Assembly: GCA_048213135.1 (NCBI GenBank)
Contig: PS015238.1
Location: 2,072-46,652 of the forward strand
Origin: Reclinomonas americana ATCC 50394
Lineage: Eukaryota
Reading direction: 5' to 3'
Length of the DNA stretch: 44,581 bases
Each line of letters begins with the position of its first letter. The first letter of the stretch is position 1. Shown here in pieces: positions 12,101 to 21,600 of the stretch. The notes under the pieces are model-generated. The model did not search any database. It was not told the DNA's origin and saw nothing but the letters and a program-made list of their open reading frames with translations. The translations under genes were made by a program, and so were the position numbers.

Positions 12101-15100
12101 CGACTGCGACCCTCCACGTTCGAGGCAGGTCGGGTGGACGACAGGCGAGCACCACTTGCACTGCACGATTCACAGACGTCATCATCCGAACACACACAAC
12201 GCATGCGCCACATCGCCCCGACAACTGACCTCAAGTTGAGGCTGCGCAGCACCGAGAAGGTACTCTGCAGTACCCGACACAGCGACTCGATCACAAGGCG
12301 CTGAACAGTGGGCAAGTCGGGAAACGCAAACGTGTGGTGCGCGAATCGCTCGGCCTTGCTCAAGTGCACAAAGGGAACGTGCTCAGGGAACACGTCAATC
12401 AAAATCTCGCACACTCGTTCAAACGCGTTGTGATTCTCCGGCGCCCAGTCCACCGACATGACACGAAGCAACTCCTTGGATCGATGAAAGAATCCTGTCA
12501 CACGTTCGCACGACTCTTCAGCACAAGCGTTCCTCCGCCTCAGCAGCGAACACAAAACACACACAAACACACCATTGTGATGCTTGTAGTCGTCCTCGTC
12601 CATCACCGTGCGCTTGGCATCGGGTAGCTGCGTGAAATAGTCCAACGTCGCCTCCATGGCCACCTGCTTCTTGGCATGGCGACAGGCGCCAGCCACGAAT
12701 ACGAGATACTCGCTTGTCCATTGAGGTGAGAACTGTGTGACACGAAAGAGTGGGTAAAATAAAAATAGAGGCTACGGGTGTACCACGCAGAAGCGACGGC
12801 ACCTTGTCGACGTAGAGGACTCGTGCGCGCAAATGTGACAGCGAGAACGTGTCCGACTTGATGGTGTCCGCATGTTTGCTGACAATCTTGACGAGCCACT
12901 GTTCCAGTTCCTCCTCGCTCAGTAGCTTGATGCCGTCGCGGGTGAGCAACGTCAGCAGCATGGGCGGCTTGTGGTACTTGACAATGTGGATGTTGTTCAT
13001 CATGGGGTCGTCGGGAGGCAAGAACTTGAAGCGCGACGGGAACAACTCCTCCTCGGCGGCCGTGGACGCGGTACCGCCTGCCGCACCATCTTCGCCGGCA
13101 CGCATGATCGCGCGCAGCATGGCCACCGTTGAGTTGATTGGAGGGTCGGTGGAGTGCGTGTCACGAGGAACCGCCGACGGATTACTGCATCGTGACGAAA
13201 CTCAGCACAACGGAAACTCACGGAAAGCATGCAACTGCGAGAGACAGGTGAGTACGCAACGCTCTGCTCTCCTCCTCCTCAATCTCCAGATCCCAGTCGG
13301 ACTCGCTGGAGTCGTCGGCTGCTGATGAGGCCGCCACCGCGGCTGCCATTGCCACAGCCGCACCCATGGATGCAGCGCCGGTGGCCGCCGACGAACCAAT
13401 CGGTGTTCCATTGCCGCCACGAGCAGAGAGAGCCAGCAGGGGCGATGCAGTGCCGGCCAAGGCATTCAGCGTCGGCTGCATCACCGACGATCCGTCCTCA
13501 GAGTCGAAAGCATCGCTATAATTGGAACCCGTGCCGATACTGCGATGCTTTGCTTGCTGGAGTCCGGACCGGCCGGCCACTGACTTGGCGGTCTGCAACA
13601 ACGAGAGCGCCTCGTGTTCCAGGATCGGATCGTCGATCTGGGACACACACATCGAGGCAATGAGAGTCGATCACACCTACGAACAAGAGATGAGGTGCGG
13701 ACGTGCCTTCCTGGCGCCCACGATGGCGTGCTTTTGGAACTGGAACGACAGATCGTCGTCGCCGAGGTCGAGTGCGATTTGAGCAATGTACAAACACGAC
13801 ATGGCAAATGGTCTGGAAGTATGAAGGTGCGCGTGTGAGACAGTCTCCTCTCACTTCCCTTTTCTCTCCTCCTCCCTCACCTGGGATAAAATACAGCACC
13901 CAACGGCGCAGAAGTACATAGCCTTATGGCGTCCACCAAATGCCGACCTGCCACTGTGGAGCGACCAGCGTCGAGAGCACACCGGCCCAACAACGCCTCA
14001 ATGTGCGCTCTCACCCCCGGCAACTCCACCTGAGCCCACGCACCCACAATTCAGCGACACGCATGAAACAGGCAGGTCTCACTCGATCTTTGTGGCAGCA
14101 GCTAATCACCGTGCTCAAAGCCTCCAACGCCCGCTCCAACATCTCGGTGGCGGCCGTAATGTTCTGCAGCTTGATCAACGCCTCGCTCATGTGAGCCAAG
14201 CACTCGGTCTGCAGTCGGTCGACTGCGGACGACAAAAAAGACGATGAGCGACCCGACCCCTCACGCATCACGCTGAATGAGAGACGAAACAATCGGCTCC
14301 GCTCAGCGTGTCGCGATACGACGAAATGCGACTGTACGACTGCTCCAGGCGCTGGAAGCACTCGGCATCTAACCGCTTGTCGCGAAACAGGAGAGCCGTG
14401 TCCATCGACACGCGACACTCGTTGACCACGTCACCCTGCTCGCGTGCGGCCGATAACCTGCTCTCCAAGTTGCGTACTTGCTGCGACACATCCACATAAT
14501 CGTCCTCCTCTCCCTCGTAGCCAGTGGCGGCCGACGACGACGTGGCCGACTTGCGTGATGGAGATGAGCCGAGGGCGGCCACGGCCTCGAGAAAAGACTC
14601 CTCGTCGACACCTGTGTGACAACATTGGTGAGATGGCCCACATGCGCGACCCCTTCCGCTGTACGCAACGTGGAAGGCCGGGTACCAGATCGGCAAACAC
14701 ACGAAGCAACTCGCGCTCCTCATCCGTGATCTTGTGACCGCCGTTGGCCGACGCTCCCGCTCCTCCACTCCACGAACCACGACGCCGACTCGACAATCGT
14801 TTCCTCACCAAGTCACGCTGTGCTCTCTTGCTGCGCGCCAGTGCCCCTTGCAGGCCTGCATCACGCCAAATAAGCACCTGTCATTCAACAACCCTCACTG
14901 GCACATCCACACGCACCACCAGGCGCTGGTGGAGGTCTCTTGCGCGCCGAGTTATTAAACAAGTGTCCCTGTCCATCGGCAGTGACAGGCGTCGCCGTCG
15001 CCGAGTTCTGCCCACTGCCACCACCACCACTGGCACTGCCACTGGCCGTCGCCGCCGCTGTGAAATGATCGGGGGTGTTGGCAGGCGAGTCCTCAAAGAT

Positions 15101-15316
15101 GAAATCGTCGCCCCAATCCTCCTTTGGTGCATTGTCGGCCGAATGACCGAGGATCCTCAACTGCATGAGCGCGACAGTGAGTGTGGTGAGAAAGAGAGAG
15201 ACTCTCGCTCTCTCAGTCGTTGATCGCACCGGAGCTGGCCTCTGTTGCTTGGCAGCGGCACCGCCCACCACCAAGCCGCCCTCCTCAATATCTGACCAAT
15301 CCTCCGAGTCATCCAT
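6162..15316 (-). CDS. Very large multi-exon TPR/alpha-solenoid protein of unknown function
   Basis: Chain of same-strand GT-AG exons from MDDSEDWSDIEE (15316) to a stop at 6162. TPR-like segments include FAEILLANGKYMYAIACFESSLQLY and LARLFLDGYYFERAIDLLEDL. A C-terminal segment reads LYLLTNHSLRLFPWELM. Treating it as one gene is inferred from exon continuity. Confidence 0.65.
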
Positions 15317-15945
15317 GATGATGATGATGATAACTGATCACTTGTGTTCTCTCGCTCGCTCCCTGAGGAGGAGACAAGACGGGAAACACACACGCGCGCG
15401 CGAGAGAGAGAGGCGTGTGTGCGTGTGTGTGTGGAGGGACCTGAGGCCACTGCGCGAAACCCTGCGTGTGTCGATGCATCATGAGCGAACAAACGAAGCA
15501 CAGAATCATCGCTCAATGACACATACAGAGACAGTGAGCACACGTGTGCGTGTGTGTGTGTCTGTCTATCTCTCTGTGTCACTGCCTGTGCACACGCGCG
15601 TGTGTGCGTGGAAAGAGAGAGAGACACACACAATGGCGCACACACTTCCTCACGCACTCACCACACACAGACTCCAATGCCGCACACGCGCTCACAATGG
15701 AGAACTACACCACAGAGACACTGTGTACACAGGAGAAGAGCACACACAGAGCTCACACTGACGCACACACACACACAAGGTCGTTGCACCAACAATGAGT
15801 CACACACAAAGCGCGCGGACAATCAATCACTCACACAAGTGCGACGAGTGCGTGCTGTCTCCCTGTGCNNNNNNNNNNNNNNNNNNNNGTTACACTAGTG
15901 TGTGCTCACTTTGTGTGTGTGTGTCTGTGAGAAGACAAAAGGAGA

Positions 15946-16255
15946 ATGCCAGTGCTGAAGATCAACGGACGCTACGTGCCCATTCCTCTGCACAAGCTGC
16001 GCCTGGGCAGCCTGGCCGTGCAAGCGTTGCGTGTCATCTACACACATGCACTCACACTCTTCTGTCTCCTCTGCCTCTCTCAGTCAGTGTGTGCGCGTGC
16101 GACATGGCATCTCTCTTTGCAACTCACTCTCTCTCTCTCTCACACACACACACAGTGCGGGTTGGGGCGTTGTTGGTGGCGCCGCGCTGACGTTTGCGCT
16201 GAAGGATCAATGGGCGGGCATTTTGGGCTTGAATCAGCCGGCTGAGGAAGAGTAA
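15946..16255 (+). CDS. Small 59-aa single-TM protein, probably cytochrome bc1 subunit QCR10/UQCR11-like
   Basis: Exons 15946-16025 and 16156-16255 join in frame to give MPVLKINGRYVPIPLHKLRLGSLAVQAAGWGVVGGAALTFALKDQWAGILGLNQPAEEE*. The size and the QAAGWG-hydrophobic segment resemble plant-type QCR10 (from recall, not searched). Confidence 0.5.
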
Positions 16256-16343
16256 CAGCAGCACGCACTGCATCTTCTGTGCATCTCTCTCTGTCTCTTC
16301 TTGCTTGCTGTGTGGAGAGGTAATACAACAAAACAAACGCTCT

Positions 16344-18462
16344 TCACTCGCCTCCTCCTCCTCCTCCTGCTGCTGCGGGCTGCAGCTCGAGCAGCACGTC
16401 GAATGTGGCCTGGCGACACACATGGGAGTGCTGCTGACGCAAGTGTGCCTGTTGCGTGAGCTCAGCGTCGTGTTCCAGCAGTGCGTCCCAGAGCAGGTGG
16501 TGCGCGGCTGGCTGGGAGAAGTGATCGCGGAACCANNNNNNNNNNNNNNNNNNNNCAGGCGTTGCTGTGTGGTGGCCTCAGATTGCGCGGCCTCGCGGAG
16601 GGCTTCGCTGGCCACGCGCTCCAGCATGACGCGGAGAAGGTGTTGCTCCAGGGCTGTGTCGGCTGCACACTCGGCCGCCACGGCGTGTGCGGCGTCGTCG
16701 ACGTAGGCGTCGAGTACCTCTTCGGTGGTTTCGAGAGCGCGGCGGCCGCGGACGTGCTCGTCGGCGATCTCGGCCACGCATTCGGTCACGACGCGGCGAC
16801 ACTCGTTGCGTACGTGCGTGGCCACCACGTGCTCGCACGTCTCCGCCAAAATGAGTGCGCCCTGCATCGACACGTCGTCGTGTCGCAGTGTCACCGTGTG
16901 CGCGACTGCTTGCCGCTTCGCCGCCATGTGCGAGCGCACAATGTCTGACAGGCACTCGCGAACGACCGCCGCCGTCTGCTGTCGCACCACCTCTCCCACA
17001 ATGATGTCGGCCGTGGGTCGAACGAGCGCCAGCACTGCCTCGTCGTTGGCGGTGCTCGGTAGCGCCTGCGAACGTGGATCGGCCAGCACCGACGCCAGCA
17101 CGTCGGGCAGGAACGACTTGCGAATCAAGTGCGTAATCACCATGTCGGCCACCGCATTCGCATTCTTGTCGAGGTATCGCAGTTGGCGACGCTTCAGCGC
17201 CGACTTGCGTCCCAGGTGACCGCGGTAGGTCTTCTGAATGCGAGTGGCGGCTTGATTCCGCCGTGACATTTCTAACGCGAGGGAAAAACAAAAATGAGCA
17301 CGAGGAAACAGTCTGTGAAGCGCATGCACGAATGCACCATCAAACTTGAGATATCTCTTCTGGTCGGCCTTGGCGATTTGCGGCCGCAACGAGGCCGCCT
17401 CGCGCTTGGCCTCCTCCCGTTTCCTCTTGCTCGGCGACGACGAGCGATGTGTGCTGCGTCGCCGATCTCGATGCCGATCTCTGTCGCGATCCCTGTCCCT
17501 GTCCCTGTCCCTATCCCTTTCACGTTCCCGATCGCGGTGCTCCCGATGCCCACCATGATGTCGTCGGTGCGACTCCCTCTCCCGATGCTCACGATGCCGC
17601 CGGTGATTCGAGTGGCGCCGATGCCGCCGATCCTCCGCGTCCCGCTGCCGTCTCCGATGCTGCCGATCATCCGCTCTCCTGCGCCGCTGCTCTGCGTCCT
17701 CACAATCGGAGCACGAGCACGATCCATCATCACCATCAGACGACGACGAGTCATCCTCCGAGTGCGACAGTGGCGGTGGCGGCGTGGTCGACGACGACGA
17801 CGAATCCGACAACGACATCTCATCACTGCGCCGTCTCCTCTCCTTGCGCGCCATTGGCTTCATCGGCGGAAGCACCTCCCCTCGATTACGATAGCGATTA
17901 CGATGCCGTTGCGCGCGGACCTCACTGCAACGCACAGGTCGTGAGCATGTGGTGAGCATGCGCGCGAGACAAGACGAGCGGAACTTGACAGTCTGCGTCT
18001 CACTCGGCGCCGACAGCGCTCCCCGAGACAGCGCCGACAATGGAGTGGCCACCATACTCGGTGTCGCACCAGAGCTCTCTGGTCGTGATGGTCGCAGCGA
18101 CGAGGAAGCCACCTTTCCCACACACACACACAGTCAGAGCGATGGAAGAGAGTGTCTCTCGAGAAACAGACAGACCGAGGCAGCTTGATACGCAGAGACT
18201 TGATGCGCGCCTGAAGGCGTCACATAGTAGTACTGTGATGGATGAACCGCATTCGCCGCGGCCACAGTCACCGGGTATCTGATCACCTATGTGTGAGAAA
18301 GAGGAAGAGGAAAGAGGTGACTAAAGAGGCACTCAACAGTCCATAATAAGGCGGTGCACCCGCGGCCGCCATGTGGTGCTGAGGAGGAGCATATGGATGT
18401 GGTAATGGATGATGGTGGAGAAGAGGGGGAACAGCCGCAGCCGCCGCGGAGTACGGATACAT
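16344..18462 (-). CDS. IQ-motif protein with Ser/Asp-rich and RD/RH-repeat low-complexity region
   Basis: IQ motif AATRIQKTYRGHLGRK, an (RD)n tract near 17465-17530 and a helical C-terminal region. The start (MYPYSAAA) and the stop after a small gap are inferred. Confidence 0.6.
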
Positions 18463-18674
18463 CCCTCCCTCCCACACAACCGATTTTTCGACACACCGTT
18501 AACGTCGCAGTGTCCTCTTCGTATGGTGGCACATGTTAAAACAACCGCAGACAGAGGGAAATGGATTGTGGAGTAACACGGGGGTAATGTGTAATCGTGT
18601 GCACGGGCGTCGCAGTTGTGTTGTTGCGAGGAGTGTCCCGCGACGTTCTCCTTTCAATCACTTTCTCTCACAGC

Positions 18675-21600
18675 ATGCACGGTGTGCGCAAGTCAGATGG
18701 AGCAGCGCGTCAAGCTGCGGCTCGCGCCAAGATTGAGAACTATTGCACCTTGTCAGCGCGCAGTCTTGAGCTTGTGCGTGACATGCTCTCTCTCTCTCTT
18801 TCACACTCTCACTCACTCTTGTCTCTGCGTGCGTGCGTGTGTGTTTGTGTGTGTAGCGCAAGGCCAATGCGCTGACTGCGGAGAGCCTGGAGGTGACTGC
18901 GCAAACGCTGCTCATCAATCCGGATTATTACACATTGTGGAACTTTAGGCGCGATGTGCTCACGCACATGATTGACAGCATGTTGCGTCTCTCTGCTCCT
19001 CTCTCAGTGTGTGTCTCTCTTTCGTGCGCATGGTTGCTCATATGTGGTGCATAAGGACTGATGAGAAGGAGGTTGTGGCGCTCAAGCAGCGCGAGTTGAG
19101 CTTCAACAAGGACGCGCTCAAGATCAATCCGAAGATCTACGCCATCTGGAATCACCGCAAGTGGGTGCGTTGCTCCACCCATTCCGCACAAGTCTCTCTC
19201 ACACACATGCACGAATGAGGAGACGAGACAAGGCGGTGGAGAAGAGCGAACACGTGGGATGTATTTCTGTAGCTGACACCACGTTGCGTGTGTGGATCAG
19301 GTGGTGGAGAAGTTCCCGGCGTGCTGGGAACACGAGCTGTTCTTGTGCGAGCAGCTGCTGTCGCTGGATGAGCGGAATTGTTGAGTGTTTGTGGGCATCG
19401 ACTTGTCTGGATGGAAGATGGATTCGTTGTTGACTGTGTACGTCGCGCCTGTCGCAGTCCACTGCTGGAACTATCGGCGATATGTGTTGTCGCTGGCGGG
19501 AGTGCCGGCTGAGAAGGAGATCTTGTTTTCCAGGAAGAAGATTGACAAGGTGGGTGTGGGTGTTCAATCGTGGCTCTGTCTGTCGTTCAGCAGTTGTGCG
19601 AGACGCATGTTTAGGCCTACTAGTTTACTGGTAGAACCCTACGTTCCGAACGTAGTGGACCGCGTTCGATTCGCGGGTGGGCCTTTCCTTTTTGTTGAGC
19701 GTGCTCACTTTTTTTTTCTATTAGCTGGCTCGTCTCTTTGAAGTCTTCCGGTTGTCTTTGCACGCGTTGTTTTCGTGTTGTGGTTAGAAGTGTATACGAT
19801 AGTAGTAGAGTTCTTCTCTTCTGCCTCTCCTTCTTCGTGCGCCCCGCCCTTGATCTCCAGCAGAGGCTGTCGTGTCCTGTCACCCCCCACCCCATTTGTA
19901 CTATTTTTGACTTTTCATCATATCGACTCTCGATTCATCGCCTCCGTTGCCTTGCGTTCAACCCTACAGCATTCGCATACACCCTATCTTACGTCTTCTG
20001 CATGTTGGGTTCAGAGGTCGTCGTATACTTGCACGCTGGGTTTTCTGCCTGCATTGCATTTCTGAAAGATTTTATTCCCATTCTCTCCCATTTCAAGAGT
20101 GCTCTTTGTCGCCGTACCATAGTGATAAGCAACACATGGCCTGCTAGTTTACTGGTAGAATCCTACGCTACGAACGTAGTGGACCGCGTTCGATTCGCGG
20201 GTGGGCCTTTCCTTTTTGTCGATTTGTCGTAACTTTTCGTTGCATGTCTCCTTTTTTTCCGCGCACACATTCTTTCGTTCCGCAACTTGATCGTGTTGCT
20301 GCAGGGGTGCTGAATGCTTCATATCTCTGTCTCCGCCTGCCTGCTCATCTCCGTTAACCTCTGCAGAAGTTGTCTTGTCCTGTAACCCTGCTCGTACTAT
20401 TTTTGATATCCTTCTTGTCGACACTTGATTTGTGGTTTCCTTTGCCTTTCGCTGGACCCGATGTTGACTGCGTGTTGGGTTCAGAGGTCAAATGCTCGCG
20501 TTCTGGCTATCGTGTGTTGCATTTTCTGTCATTGCATATTTCCACACTTTGCATCTCGCTGTCAAGAATGCTTTTGTTGCCTACCATATTGATGTACGGA
20601 AGCAACACATGGCCTGCTAGTTTACTGGTAGAATCCTACGTTCGGGACGTAGGGAACCGCGTTCGATTCGCGGGTGGGCCTTTCTTCTTTTTTTCTTTTG
20701 TGCCTCTATGTTCCTTTGTGTCGTTTACCATTTGCTCACCACTGATCTGTACTCGCTTGTTGCATGCTGCATGCAGCATCTCCGTTCCCACTCCACCCTT
20801 CGCTCTCTCCCTGCCGTTGCCTGCTGTCACTTCTTGTCGTATTGTCGTGTCCTTGCACCTCCCAACCCTACTGTCCTATTTTTGACCATTTTCAACACGT
20901 CTCGCACACTCGTTCCTCGCTCGCCATCTTCGTATCAACCCCTGGTGTCCGTGTTGTATAGATGCGCGTAGCAGTGTGCATTTGAATACTTGCTGAAGCG
21001 ACACAATGACACAGCGTGCATGACGTGTGCATTGCATTCGGTGCAGCACATTCATTTCCCTTTCATCCCTTGCCTCCCTTTGCCTCGCTATCTCAACCAC
21101 GCCCTCACGTCACCTGTTGCAAGGGTTAGGAGAAGCACTTGACATGGCCTACTAGTTTACTGGTAGAACCCTACGCTTCGAACGTAGTGGACCGCGTTCG
21201 ATTCGCGGGTGGGCCTTTCCTTTTTGTTGATTTGTGATCATTTTTCGTCGACAGTCTTCTTTTTGCCGCGCACCCATTCTTTTGCTCTGCAACTGGTTCG
21301 TGTTGCTGCATGAGTTCCAAATGCTTCGCCTCTCTCCCTGTATCTCTCTGTGCCTGCGTGCCCATCTCCGTTTACCTGTGCAGAGTGCTCGTATTATTTG
21401 ATATCCTTCCTTTCGACTCTTGATTCGTGGTTTTCATTGCCTGTCGTTGGGCCCTATGATTACGAGCTGTCTTGCATCTTCTGCGTGTTGGGATCAGAGG
21501 TCGCATGCTCACACTCTGGCTATCGTCTGTTGCCTTTCCTGGCTCCCTCAGGCATTTCTCTGTCAAAAATGCTCTTGCTGCCTTACCTTAGTGATTCACG

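Noticed and set aside
17294-17944. Plus-strand Pro/Ile/Met-rich ORF
   Set aside because: Antisense shadow of the RD/RH low-complexity region of the minus-strand IQ protein.
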